Both the position numbers and the translations under genes were made by a program. A DNA stretch of 39,005 nucleotides, from IMG/VR virus record IMGVR_UViG_2521172734_000002. One strand, given 5' to 3'. Positions 29,004-39,005 of the stretch are shown in pieces (the stretch's first letter is position 1; each line of letters starts with the position of its first letter). Under the pieces are notes generated by a model. The model was given only the letters and a program-made list of their open reading frames with translations, did no database searches and was not told the origin of the DNA. Origin of the DNA: a virus. Lineage: Duplodnaviria; Heunggongvirae; Uroviricota; Caudoviricetes.

Positions 29004-30176
29004 ATGGCTCAGGATTACCACCACGGGGTGCGCGTTGTTGAAGTCAACGAAGGCACCCGATCCATTACCACGGTGAGCACCGCCATCGTGGGTATGGTCT
29101 GCACGGGCGATGATGCCGATGCAAAAATGTTTCCTCTTAATAAACCCGTGCTGATCACTGATGTGCTGACTGCCAGCGGTAAAGCGGGTGAGTCCGGTAC
29201 TCTGGCCCGTTCGCTGGATGCCATCGCTGATCAGGCAAAACCCGTGACCGTTGTTGTGCGTGTGCCGCAGGGTGAAACGGAAGAAGAAACCACGACCAAT
29301 ATCATCGGCGCTGTGACTGCTGAAGGTAAAAAAACAGGCATGAAAGCCCTGCTATCTGCCCAGTCACAGCTCGGCGTTAAACCGCGCATTCTCGGCGTGC
29401 CAGGTCACGATAACAAAGCCGTTGCGACTGAGTTGCTGAGCGTGGCGCAAAGCCTGCGTGGGTTTGCTTACCTGTCAGCGTATGGCTGCAAGACGGTACA
29501 GGAGGCGATCACTTACCGTGAAAACTTCAGCCAGCGCGAAGGAATGCTGATCTGGCCCGACTTTACTGGCTGGGACACGGTGCTGAATGCCGAAGCAACG
29601 GCATATGCCACCGCCCGTGCGCTTGGTCTGCGTGCCAAAATTGATGAGCAGACCGGGTGGCACAAAAGCCTGTCCAACGTGGGCGTGAACGGTGTCACCG
29701 GAATTTCTGCAGATGTGTTCTGGGATCTGCAGGACCCGGCAACCGATGCAGGTCTGCTGAACCAGAACGACGTCACCACGCTTGTGCGTAAAGACGGTTT
29801 CCGCTTCTGGGGTTCCCGCTGCCTGAGTGATGACCCGCTCTTTGCCTTCGAAAACTACACCCGCACGGCGCAGGTGCTGACGGACACAATGGCAGAAGCG
29901 CACATGTGGGCAGTGGATAAACCGCTTAACCCGTCGCTGGCCCGCGATATTATCGAAGGTATCCGCGCCAAAATGCGCAACCTGGTCAGTCAGGGCTATC
30001 TCATTGGTGGTGATTGCTGGCTGGATGAGTCGGTGAACGACAAAGACACGCTGAAAGCCGGAAAACTCACCATCGACTATGACTACACGCCAGTGCCGCC
30101 ACTTGAAAATCTGATGCTGCGCCAGCGCATCACCGATCAGTACCTGGTGAATTTTGCCAGCCAGGTCAGCGCGTAA
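29004..30176 (+). CDS. FI: Tail sheath protein (P2 gpFI-like)
   Basis: 390-aa ORF with GGAGG RBS; size and position typical. Confidence 0.9.
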   Translation: MAQDYHHGVRVVEVNEGTRSITTVSTAIVGMVCTGDDADAKMFPLNKPVLITDVLTASGKAGESGTLARSLDAIADQAKPVTVVVRVPQGETEEETTTNIIGAVTAEGKKTGMKALLSAQSQLGVKPRILGVPGHDNKAVATELLSVAQSLRGFAYLSAYGCKTVQEAITYRENFSQREGMLIWPDFTGWDTVLNAEATAYATARALGLRAKIDEQTGWHKSLSNVGVNGVTGISADVFWDLQDPATDAGLLNQNDVTTLVRKDGFRFWGSRCLSDDPLFAFENYTRTAQVLTDTMAEAHMWAVDKPLNPSLARDIIEGIRAKMRNLVSQGYLIGGDCWLDESVNDKDTLKAGKLTIDYDYTPVPPLENLMLRQRITDQYLVNFASQVSA

Positions 30177-30185
30177 GGGGACAAC

Positions 30186-30701
30186 ATGGCTTTACCACGC
30201 AAATTAAAACATCTGAACCTGTTTAACGACGGGAACAACTGGCAGGGGATCGTAGAGTCGCTGACGCTGCCGAAATTCACCCGCAAATATGAGAAGTATC
30301 GCGGCGGCGGAATGCCGGGTGCAGTGGATGTGGATCTGGGGCTTGATGACAGTGCTCTGGACACAGAATTTTCCATTGGTGGTACTGAACTGCTGCTGTT
30401 TAAACAGATGGGCAAAGCCACGGTGGATGGCATCCAGTTGCGCTTTACCGGCTCTATCCAGCGTGATGATACCGGGGAAGTACAGGCCGTGGAGCTTGTG
30501 GTGCGTGGACGTCACAAAGAAGTGGACTCCGGCGAGTGGAAGACGGGCGAAAGCAACACCACCAAAGTGACCAGTACCAACAGTTACGCGAAGCTGACTA
30601 TCAATGGTGAGGTGCTCTATGAAGTGGACCTTATCAACATGGTGGAAATTGTGGACGGTGTGGACCTGATGGAAGCGCACCGCAACGCCCTCGGCCTCTG
30701 A
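30186..30701 (+). CDS. FII: Tail tube protein (P2 gpFII-like)
   Basis: 171-aa ORF directly after the sheath gene. Confidence 0.9.
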   Translation: MALPRKLKHLNLFNDGNNWQGIVESLTLPKFTRKYEKYRGGGMPGAVDVDLGLDDSALDTEFSIGGTELLLFKQMGKATVDGIQLRFTGSIQRDDTGEVQAVELVVRGRHKEVDSGEWKTGESNTTKVTSTNSYAKLTINGEVLYEVDLINMVEIVDGVDLMEAHRNALGL

Positions 30702-30755
30702 TGTATCTGAACGGCGCGGAATGCCGCGCCAGAACCCAATTTACAGGACAGAAAA

Positions 30756-31058
30756 ATGAGTGATAAGCAGACTGAAAAGACCATTCAACTGGATACCCCT
30801 ATCAAGCGCGGTAAAACGGAAATCACCGAAATTGTGCTGCGTAAACCGCAGTCTGGTGCGCTGCGCGGTACACGCCTGCAGGCCATTATGGATATGGATG
30901 TGAACGCGATGATTACCGTGATCCCCCGTATCTCCAGCCCGGCACTGACCGCACAGGAAATTGCAGAGATGGACCCGGCAGATCTCACTGCCATGTCGGT
31001 TGAGGTTGTCACTTTTTTGTTGAAGAAGTCGGTGCTTGCCGGTTTACCGACAGCCTGA
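30756..31058 (+). CDS. E: Tail assembly chaperone E
   Basis: 100-aa ORF before the tape-measure gene; contains slippery T TTT TTG at 31013-31019. Confidence 0.8.
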   Translation: MSDKQTEKTIQLDTPIKRGKTEITEIVLRKPQSGALRGTRLQAIMDMDVNAMITVIPRISSPALTAQEIAEMDPADLTAMSVEVVTFLLKKSVLAGLPTA

Positions 31059-31192
31059 CGGTTGACGATCTGGTGGCAGATATCGCCACCATTTTTCACT
31101 GGCCGCCATCCGTTACTGACGTTATGCCGCTGACCGAAGTGCTGGAATGGCGGTATAAAGCGATTCAGAGAAGCGGGGCCAACGATGAGTGA
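30756..31192 (+). CDS. E+E' extended chaperone made by programmed -1 frameshift
   Basis: Slippery heptamer TTTTTTG at 31013-31019; the -1 frame stays open to TGA at 31190-31192, overlapping the T start. Confidence 0.5.
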
Positions 31193-34100
31193 TAACAACC
31201 TGCGCCTGCAGGTCATTCTTAATGCGGTTGACAAACTCACCCGCCCATTCCGTGCTGCACAGGCCAGTTCGAAAGAGCTGGCTGGCGCAATCAGAAACTC
31301 CCGTGACGCATTAAAGCAACTCAATCAGGCGGGTAACAGCCTGGAAAAATTTCGCAAGCTGCAGGCCGATAACAAGAAGTTAGGCGACAGGCTGAACTAT
31401 GCCAGACAGAAGGCTAATTTGCTTAGCTCTGAGCTGGAGGCGATGGAACAACCATCACAACGGCACCTTGTGGCTTTAGGTCGGCAAACGCTGGCAGTCC
31501 AACGCCTGGAAGAACAACAAAAATATTTGCAGAAGCAAACGGCGCTTGTGCGTGCAGAACTGTACCGGGCGGGAATTTCTGCGAAAGATGATGCGGGAGC
31601 AACTGCCCGTTTAGCCCGTGAAACATCACGTTATAACCAGGAACTGTCGAAACAGGAGGCGCGGCTGAAGCGACTGGGGGAAGCTCAGCGCAGGATGAAT
31701 GCGGCGCGTGCCAGTTATGCCCGTTCGCTGGAGGTGCGCGATCGTATTGCAGGAGCCGGAGCCACTACCACGGCTGCAGGGTTGGCAATGGGGACGCCAG
31801 TGATGGCGGCAGTAAAAAGCTATACCAGCATAGAAGATGCCATGAAAGGTGTGGCAAAGCAGGTCAATGGTCTGCGTGACGATAATGGCAACCGCACTGC
31901 ACGTTTTTATGAAATGCAGGATGCCATCAAGGCTGCCAGCGAACAGTTGCCGATGGAAAACGGTGCTGTGGACTTCGCTGCACTGGTTGAAGGTGGTGCG
32001 CGCATGAACGTCGCAAACCCTGACGACAGCTGGGAAGACCAGAAACGTGATCTGCTGGCCTTCGCCAGCACAGCAGCAAAGGCGGCAACAGCCTTTGAGC
32101 TGCCAGCGGATGAACTGTCAGAAAGTCTGGGGAAAATCGCCCAGCTCTACAAAATCCCTACCCGCAATATTGAACAGCTCGGTGATGCGCTGAACTATCT
32201 GGATGATAACGCCATGTCGAAAGGGGCAGACATTATTGATGTCATGCAACGTCTGGGCGGTGTGGCGGACCGTCTGGATTATCGTAAAGCGGCGGCGCTG
32301 GGTTCCACCTTTCTGACACTGGGCGCTGCGCCGGAGGTTGCAGCCAGTGCAGCAAACGCGATGGTGCGTGAATTGTCCATTGCCACCATGCAGAGCAAGA
32401 GTTTCTTTGAAGGGATGAATCTGCTGAAACTCAATCCTGAAGTGATTGAAAAGCAGATGACGAAGGATGCGATGGGAACCATCCAGCGCGTGCTGGAGAA
32501 GGTGAACGCACTGCCGCAGGACAAGCGTCTGTCTGCCATGACCATGTTGTTTGGTAAAGAGTTTGGCGATGACGCGGCGAAACTGGCAAACAACCTGCCG
32601 GAACTGCAGCGCCAGTTAAAGCTGACAGCGGGCAATGATGCGCTCGGTTCCATGCAGAAAGAATCCGACATCAACAAGGACTCACTTTCTGCTCAGTGGT
32701 TGCTGGTCAAAACCGGAGCGCAGAACACCTTCAGCAGCCTGGGCGAAACGCTGCGCCAGCCGCTGATGGATATTCTGTACACGGTGAAAAGCGTCACGGG
32801 GGCGTTGCGTCGCTGGGTGGAAGCTAACCCGGAACTGACGGGCACACTGATGAAAGCGGCGGCTGTTGTGGCTGCGGTTACCGTGGGCCTCGGCACCTTA
32901 GCGGTGGTGTTAGCTGCAGTGCTGGGGCCGCTGGCAGTGATCCGTCTGGGGTTCTCTGTGCTGGGTATCAAAACGTTACCTTCCGTTACGGCAGCAGTAA
33001 CTCGAACCAGCAGCGCGTTGTCCTGGCTGGCTGGCGCACCACTGGCACTGCTGCGACGCGGGCTTGCTTCATCGGGCAACGCCGCAGGTTTACTTACTGC
33101 GCCATTGTCGTCTTTGCGCCGCACGGCATCACTGACGGGAAATGTCCTGAAAACTGTAGCAGGTGCGCCGGTTGCACTTTTGCGGTCTGGATTATCCGGT
33201 TTACGTGCGGTTGCTGTGATGTTTATGAATCCACTGGCAGCACTACGCGGTGGACTGGCCGCCGCAGGCACGGTGCTGCGAGTACTGGCATCTGGTCCAC
33301 TGGCGATGCTGCGCGTTGCCCTGTATGCCGTATCTGGTCTGTTAGGTGCTCTGCTCAGTCCGATAGGTCTTGTGGTTACTGCACTGGCGGGCGTGGCGCT
33401 GGTTGTCTGGAAATACTGGCAACCCATCACCGCATTTCTTGGTGGCGTGGTGGAAGGATTCAAAGCGGCGGCAGGTCCCGTCAGTGCAGCATTCGAACCG
33501 CTTAAGCCCGTGTTCCAGTGGATTGGCGACAAAGTACAGGCGTTGTGGGGCTGGTTTACTGATCTGCTGACGCCCGTTAAGTCGACCTCTGCCGAACTGC
33601 AGAGTGCAGCGGCAATGGGGCGGCGATTCGGGGAGGCACTGGCGGAAGGGCTGAATATGGTCATGCATCCGCTGGACTCCCTGAAATCCGGCGTTTCCTG
33701 GTTGCTGGAGAAGCTCGGCATTGTCAGTAAAGAGGCCGCAAAGGCAAAACTGCCGGAAAGCGTGACGCGTCAGCAACCTGCGACGGTGAATGCAGACGGT
33801 AAAGTGATGATGCCATCGGGTGGTTTTCCATCATGGGGATATGGCTTTGCGGGGATGTATGACAGCGGCGGGTATATCCCGCGCGGGCAGTTTGGCATCG
33901 TCGGTGAAAACGGGCCGGAAATTGTTAACGGCCCGGCAAATGTGACCAGCCGGAGAAATACAGCTGCACTGGCTGCCGTTGTTGCCGGTATGATGGGCGT
34001 TGCTGCCGCGCCAGCAGAGCTTCCACCGTTGCACCCTTTGGCACTTCCCGCGAAAGGTGGAGAAGCAATTGTGAGTCGCGCAGCCACTGTGCCGCCCGTT

Positions 34101-34262
34101 TACAGGATTGAGGCACCGACGCAGATCATCATCCAGACGCAGCCAGGACAAAGTGCGCAGGATATTGCGCGGGAGGTGGCCCGCCAGCTTGATGAACGTG
34201 AACGCAGGCTGAAGGCAAAAGCCAGGAGTAACTACAGCGATCAGGGGGGATACGACGCATGA
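31185..34262 (+). CDS. T: Tail tape-measure protein (P2 gpT-like)
   Basis: 1025-aa ORF with coiled-coil N-terminus and Ala/Gly/Leu-rich repeats (..LLRRGLASSGNAAGLLTAPLSSLRR..). Confidence 0.9.
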   Translation: MSDNNLRLQVILNAVDKLTRPFRAAQASSKELAGAIRNSRDALKQLNQAGNSLEKFRKLQADNKKLGDRLNYARQKANLLSSELEAMEQPSQRHLVALGRQTLAVQRLEEQQKYLQKQTALVRAELYRAGISAKDDAGATARLARETSRYNQELSKQEARLKRLGEAQRRMNAARASYARSLEVRDRIAGAGATTTAAGLAMGTPVMAAVKSYTSIEDAMKGVAKQVNGLRDDNGNRTARFYEMQDAIKAASEQLPMENGAVDFAALVEGGARMNVANPDDSWEDQKRDLLAFASTAAKAATAFELPADELSESLGKIAQLYKIPTRNIEQLGDALNYLDDNAMSKGADIIDVMQRLGGVADRLDYRKAAALGSTFLTLGAAPEVAASAANAMVRELSIATMQSKSFFEGMNLLKLNPEVIEKQMTKDAMGTIQRVLEKVNALPQDKRLSAMTMLFGKEFGDDAAKLANNLPELQRQLKLTAGNDALGSMQKESDINKDSLSAQWLLVKTGAQNTFSSLGETLRQPLMDILYTVKSVTGALRRWVEANPELTGTLMKAAAVVAAVTVGLGTLAVVLAAVLGPLAVIRLGFSVLGIKTLPSVTAAVTRTSSALSWLAGAPLALLRRGLASSGNAAGLLTAPLSSLRRTASLTGNVLKTVAGAPVALLRSGLSGLRAVAVMFMNPLAALRGGLAAAGTVLRVLASGPLAMLRVALYAVSGLLGALLSPIGLVVTALAGVALVVWKYWQPITAFLGGVVEGFKAAAGPVSAAFEPLKPVFQWIGDKVQALWGWFTDLLTPVKSTSAELQSAAAMGRRFGEALAEGLNMVMHPLDSLKSGVSWLLEKLGIVSKEAAKAKLPESVTRQQPATVNADGKVMMPSGGFPSWGYGFAGMYDSGGYIPRGQFGIVGENGPEIVNGPANVTSRRNTAALAAVVAGMMGVAAAPAELPPLHPLALPAKGGEAIVSRAATVPPVYRIEAPTQIIIQTQPGQSAQDIAREVARQLDERERRLKAKARSNYSDQGGYDA

Positions 34263-34744
34263 TGATGGTGCTGGGATTGTACGTGTTTATGCTGCGCACC
34301 GTGCCGTATCAGGAGCTGCAGTATCAACGCAGCTGGCGACATGCGGCAAACAGCCGGGTAAACCGACGTCCGTCCACGCAGTTTCTGGGACCGGACAACG
34401 ACATGCTGACGCTTTCCGGTGTTCTTATGCCGGAGATAACAGGTGGCAGGCTGTCGTTGCTGGCACTGGAGCAGATGGCAGAACAGGGGAAAGCATGGCC
34501 CCTGATTGAAGGCAGCGGCACGATTTTTGGCATGTATGTGATTGAGGGACTGAATCAGACTAAAACGGAGTTTTTCCGCGACGGTATGCCGCGCCGGATT
34601 GAGTTCACCCTGTCGCTCAAACGGGTGGATGAATCCCTGTCCGATATGTTCGGTGATCTCAGTGCGCAGCTGAATAATCTGCAGGGAACGGCAACATCTG
34701 CCTTAAGCGATATCAGTAAAACGGTGGGAGGGCTTCTGTCGTGA
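34259..34744 (+). CDS. U: Tail protein U (P2 gpU-like)
   Basis: 161-aa ORF overlapping the T stop. Confidence 0.85.
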   Translation: MMMVLGLYVFMLRTVPYQELQYQRSWRHAANSRVNRRPSTQFLGPDNDMLTLSGVLMPEITGGRLSLLALEQMAEQGKAWPLIEGSGTIFGMYVIEGLNQTKTEFFRDGMPRRIEFTLSLKRVDESLSDMFGDLSAQLNNLQGTATSALSDISKTVGGLLS

Positions 34745-35841
34745 ATTTCAGCTCTGAACTGCTTAACAAAGGCAACAAAACTCCGGCATTCAGCATCAGT
34801 ATTGAAGGCAGGGATATCACCACTGTGCTGGACAACCGCCTGATGAGTCTGACGCTGACGGATAACCGGGGCTTTGAAGCAGACCAGCTTGATCTGGAAC
34901 TGGACGACGCCGACGGAAAAATCGTGCTGCCGCGTCGTGGTGCGGTTATTACGCTGGCGCTGGGCTGGAAAGGGCAGCCGCTTTTCCCGAAAGGGGCATT
35001 CACGGTGGACGAGATTGAACACACTGGCGCACCGGACCGCCTGACTATCCGGGCGCGAAGTGCTGATTTTCGTGAAACGCTGAATACCCGCCGCGAAAAA
35101 TCGTGGCACAAGACCACTGTCGGGGAAGTGGTGAAGGAAATAGCTGCGCGGCACAAACTGAAGATGGCACTGGGTAAAGACCTGTCTGATAAACCCGTGG
35201 ATCATATAGACCAGACTAATGAGAGTGACGGCAGTTTTCTGATGCGGCTGGCTCGCCAGTACGGTGCCATTGCATCGGTGAAAAATAGCAATCTGTTATT
35301 CATCCGGCAGGGACAGGGCAAAAGCGCCAGCGGTAAACCTCTGCCGGTGATCACTATCACACGCAAGGACGGCGACAGTCACCGCTTTACCCTGGCGGAT
35401 CGCGGAGCTTACACGGGCGTCATTGCCAGCTGGTTGCATACCCGTGAACCCGCGAAGAAAGAAAGCACTACAGTGAAGCGTAAGCGCAGGACCAAGAAGC
35501 AGAAGAAAGAGCCGGAAGCGAAGCAGGGCGATTACCTGGTGGGGACGGATGAAAACGTGCTGGTACTTAATCGCACTTATGCCAACCGGAGCAACGCCGA
35601 ACGAGCGGCAAAAATGCAGTGGGAACGCCTGCAACGCGGTGTTGCGTCATTCTCGCTACAACTGGCGGAAGGGCGGGCAGATCTTTACACGGAAATACCT
35701 GTAAAAGTCAGTGGTTTTAAACAGCCGATAGATGATGCGGAATGGACCATTACCACCCTGACGCATACTGTCAGCCCGGATAACGGTTTTACTACCAGTC
35801 TGGAGCTTGAAGTGAGGATTGATGATTTCGAAATGGAATGA
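34741..35841 (+). CDS. D: Tail protein D (P2 gpD-like)
   Basis: 366-aa ORF overlapping the U stop; last gene of the late tail operon. Confidence 0.85.
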   Translation: MNFSSELLNKGNKTPAFSISIEGRDITTVLDNRLMSLTLTDNRGFEADQLDLELDDADGKIVLPRRGAVITLALGWKGQPLFPKGAFTVDEIEHTGAPDRLTIRARSADFRETLNTRREKSWHKTTVGEVVKEIAARHKLKMALGKDLSDKPVDHIDQTNESDGSFLMRLARQYGAIASVKNSNLLFIRQGQGKSASGKPLPVITITRKDGDSHRFTLADRGAYTGVIASWLHTREPAKKESTTVKRKRRTKKQKKEPEAKQGDYLVGTDENVLVLNRTYANRSNAERAAKMQWERLQRGVASFSLQLAEGRADLYTEIPVKVSGFKQPIDDAEWTITTLTHTVSPDNGFTTSLELEVRIDDFEME

Positions 35842-35931
35842 TTCTTCGCAATGGAGAACTTTTAAGTTTGCAAAATGGAATAATGCGGTATCATTGTTGT
35901 GAATTTAGCAAAAATGGGGAGAACTCGAAAA

Positions 35932-36150
35932 ATGATGATTTGCCCACTGTGTGGAAGTGCCGCCCATACTCGCAGCAGTTTTCAGGTATCTTCATTGACC
36001 AAAGAGCGTTACAACCAGTGCCAGAACATTAACTGCAGCCATACTTTTGTTACCCATGAAACTTTTGTTCGTTCGATTGCAACGCCAAAAGAGTCAAATC
36101 CGGTTCAGCCGCATCCAATGAAATCAGGGCAGGTGGCGCTCTCTCTTTGA
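35932..36150 (+). CDS. ogr: Ogr/Delta-family zinc-finger late transcription activator
   Basis: 72 aa from ATG 35932; MMICPLCGSAAHTRSS...KERYNQCQNINCSHTF collinear with P2 Ogr; stop abuts the att core. Confidence 0.85.
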   Translation: MMICPLCGSAAHTRSSFQVSSLTKERYNQCQNINCSHTFVTHETFVRSIATPKESNPVQPHPMKSGQVALSL

Positions 36151-36172
36151 CGCTGCCGCCATTTTGTCGCCA
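36151..36172. repeat. Putative attR core (cgctgccgccattttgtcgcca)
   Basis: Direct repeat of 19-40 (21 of 22 identical), directly after the ogr stop. Confidence 0.55.
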
Positions 36173-36230
36173 TCGTTAAAAAACAGTGCTTCTAACATCA
36201 TGATTTTAAACAGCATAAATTTCAGGCAAC

Positions 36231-36273
36231 AAAAAACCCATCAACCTTGAACCGAAATGGCGGGGTTGATGGG
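36231..36273 (-). terminator. Terminator-like hairpin in the host flank (possibly for ybjL)
   Basis: Minus strand: CCCATCAACC...GGTTGATGGG stem followed by TTTTTT; about 110 nt downstream of the ybjL stop. Confidence 0.45.
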
Positions 36274-36385
36274 CTCCACAAAATGGGGACATCAAAGAAA
36301 AGCAGTGGCACTAATTAAGACTGATGCCCTGCGGAAAAGTTCTGCGGTTGTGCAAAAAAATTTCATTTTCAGGGCAACTTCAGTT

Positions 36386-38071
36386 TTATCCTAATCCTGG
36401 CCATACCATGACGATGATTGTCCCTGCCAGCGTCAGCAGGACGTTGGCGATTGCGTAGGTGCCCGCATAGCCCAGCGCAGGGATGTTACTGCGAGCTGTA
36501 TCACTGATGATCTCCATTGCCGGCGCGCAGGTGCGTGCGCCCATCATTGCGCCGAACAACAGTGCGCGGTTCATTCGCAATACATAAGCACCGAACAAGA
36601 AACAGATAACCACGGGCACAAGACTGACAATTAATCCGGCAATCAACATCTGACCGCCAATCGCGCCCAGGCCGTTATTAATACCGCTACCGGCGCTCAG
36701 ACCAACGCCTGCCATAAACACCATCAAGCCGAACTCTTTCACCATGCTTAATGCACCTTGCGGAATGTAACCGAAGGTCGGGTGGTTAGCACGCATAAAG
36801 CCCAGCATAATTCCGGCGAATAACAACCCGGCAGCGTTCCCCATGCCGAAACTGAATGTGCTGAACTGGAAGGTGATCATCCCGATCATCAGCCCAATAA
36901 CAAAGAAGGCGCAAAATGCCAGCAGGTCAGTGACCTGGCTGTGAATCGAGATAAAGCCGATGCGATCGGCGATGGTTTTTACGCGACGGGCATCACCGCT
37001 GACTTGTAAAACGTCACCTTTGTTAAGCACGACGTTGTCATCTATCGGCATCTCAATCTGGCTACGAATGACGCGGTTAAGGAAGCAACCGTGATCGGTC
37101 AACTTCAGTTGTGCGAGACGTTTACCTACAGCGTTATGGTTTTTAACGACCACTTCTTCAGTGACGATACGCATGTCGAGAAGGTCACGATCGAAAACTT
37201 CTTTACCGTTACGGAAGCTGGGATCGAGTCGGGCATGGGCGTCGGGATAGCCTACCAACGCTATTTCATCGCCCATTTGTAGCACGGCATCACCGTCTGG
37301 ATTTGCAAGAATCCCGTTACGTCGAATACGTTCAATGTAGCAGCCGGTTTGTCGATAAATACCCAGTTCACGCAGATTTTTGCCGTCGGTCCAGGCCACG
37401 AGCTCCGGGCCGACGCGATAGGCGCGGATCACCGGTAAATAAACCTTACGGTTGGCATCAGTGTCCAGGCCACGTTCGCGGGCGATTTGCTGGGCGCTGG
37501 TCTGTAAGTCCTGATGCTGCAATTTCGGCAAGTAACGCGCACCAACAATCAAACTCACCAGACCGATTAAATAGGTTAAGGCATACCCGAGGCTCAGATT
37601 ATCCAGTGCCAGTGAGAGCTGCCTGCTTTCCATGCCGGAATGACGCAGTGTATCGCCAGCACCGACCAGAACCGGTGTCGACGTCATAGAGCCTGCTAAC
37701 ATACCGGCCGTCAGGCCAATATCCCAGCCAAACAGCTTACCTAACCCTAAGGCGATCACCAGCGCACTGCCAACCATCACCAGTGCTAACATTAGGTAAT
37801 TTTTCCCATCGCGAAAAAAAATGGAAAAAAAGTTCGGTCCGGCTTCGACCCCGACGCAGAAAATAAACAGCATAAAGCCAAGATTAAGCGCATCGGTGTT
37901 AATGCTGAAATGTTGTTGGCCTAATAACAGCGATACGACTAAAACGCCAATGGAATTACCCAGTTGGATCGAACCAAGTCGTAACTTTCCGAGACATAGC
38001 CCAAGCGCGAGGACCACAAATAATAACAGAATGTAATTCCCATTTAACAATTCGGCGACGTTTATATTCAC
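36386..38071 (-). CDS. ybjL: Putative AAE-family transporter YbjL (host gene)
   Basis: 561-aa multi-pass membrane protein whose sequence I recognise as E. coli YbjL; chromosomal GC and codon usage. Confidence 0.85.
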
Positions 38072-38340
38072 GGAGGCTAACTTCTTGTTTACTAGTAAGC
38101 TGTTGAAAGAAATGGTAATTTACGATAATGTTTTTTACCAGAATTCAGGGCGCAGATTCATTCAGCGCACCTAAACGATAGTAAAGTAACAATATATTTT
38201 ACTAGTGTAATCACATTAGGTATCAACGGCTATATGAATTGCGTTGGCCTATATTAGCATGGAATGCGAAGCGGCTTTATCTTACTGAACGCCACACTGG
38301 CGAAAAATGTGTTCGATAGACGCAGTGTCAGGAGGAACGA

Positions 38341-38718
38341 GTGAAACATAAACAACGTTGGGCGGGGGCAATCTGCTGTTTTGTCCTCTTCATTGTGGTG
38401 TGCCTTTTTCTGGCGACGCACATGAAAGGCGCTTTTCGGGCTGCCGGGCATCCTGAAATCGGCTTGCTATTTTTCATTCTTCCTGGAGCAGTCGCCAGCT
38501 TCTTTTCACAGCGTAGAGAAGTCCTGAAACCTCTGTTTGGCGCAATGCTGGCGGCACCCTGTTCGATGCTCATTATGCGGCTGTTTTTTTCACCGACGCG
38601 CTCATTCTGGCAAGAGCTGGCATGGTTACTAAGCGCGGTGTTCTGGTGTGCGCTGGGGGCACTGTGTTTCTTATTTATCAGTAGTTTGTTTAAACCACAG
38701 CACAGAAAAAATCAGTAA
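38341..38718 (+). CDS. ybjM: Inner membrane protein YbjM (host gene)
   Basis: 125-aa polytopic membrane ORF in the K-12 context between ybjL and grxA. Confidence 0.8.
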   Translation: MKHKQRWAGAICCFVLFIVVCLFLATHMKGAFRAAGHPEIGLLFFILPGAVASFFSQRREVLKPLFGAMLAAPCSMLIMRLFFSPTRSFWQELAWLLSAVFWCALGALCFLFISSLFKPQHRKNQ

Positions 38719-38745
38719 AGCCCTCAACGCGAGGGCTTGTCAGAC
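38719..38745. terminator. Bidirectional terminator hairpin between ybjM and grxA
   Basis: GCCCTC-aacgc-GAGGGC with T-run on the minus strand; between convergent genes. Confidence 0.5.
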
Positions 38746-38747
38746 GA

Positions 38748-39005
38748 TCAGGCGTCCAGATTTTCTTTCACCCATGCAGCAAAATCGGTATAGCCGCCGA
38801 TATGTTGCTGATCGACAAAAATCTGCGGCACGGTTTCTACGGGTTTACCTGCCTTTTGTTGTAGATCTTCTTTAGTGATCCCTTCCGCACGAATATCTAC
38901 ATACTGATACTGAAAATCATCGCGTTCATTGCTCAATTTCTCAGCCAGATCTTTTGCACGCACACAGTAAGGGCAACCCGAACGACCAAAAATAACGGTT
39001 TGCAT
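38748..39005 (-). CDS. grxA: Glutaredoxin 1 (host gene)
   Basis: 85-aa ORF with CPYC active site (MQTVIFGRSGCPYCVRAKDLAE...); start codon at the window edge. Confidence 0.9.
   Translation of the reverse strand: MQTVIFGRSGCPYCVRAKDLAEKLSNERDDFQYQYVDIRAEGITKEDLQQKAGKPVETVPQIFVDQQHIGGYTDFAAWVKENLDA

Noticed and set aside
36151-36385. Possible tRNA or tmRNA gene as integration target at the right prophage junction
   Set aside because: No cloverleaf-compatible sequence or conserved T-loop (GTTCRANYC) is evident; integration appears intergenic beside ybjL.

Overview
The window is almost entirely one P2/186-family (Peduovirus-like) prophage of about 36.2 kb, followed by about 2.8 kb of E. coli-type host flank (ybjL, ybjM, grxA). 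The prophage is delimited by a 22-bp imperfect direct repeat (19-40 and 36151-36172) that I take as the att core. Gene order is classical: int, CI-type repressor, apl/cox-like, cII-like, small early genes, Dam methylase, replication initiator A, a LexA-box-controlled small ORF plus DinI-like gene, a putative cos, then the late genes Q-P / O-N-M-L-X / lysis cassette / R-S / V-W-J-I-H / invertible fibre segment with a Gin-type invertase / FI-FII-E(E')-T-U-D-ogr. Layered on this backbone are AT-rich cargo islands: (1) a 558-aa membrane-anchored coiled-coil protein with a C-terminal T5orf172/GIY-YIG-like module between cI and int; (2) a signal-peptide protein and a PRTase + DprA-like (ShosTA-like) pair around cos; (3) a two-gene cassette (127-aa membrane/coiled-coil protein + 404-aa protein) between tail genes S and V, where I know of no described hotspot. 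The tail-fibre gene H is interrupted by an IS3-family element with a 3-bp target duplication, so the prophage is probably adsorption-defective. All calls are from reading the sequence and ORF translations and from remembered family signatures; no database search was run. Coordinates of short motifs may be off by a base or two.
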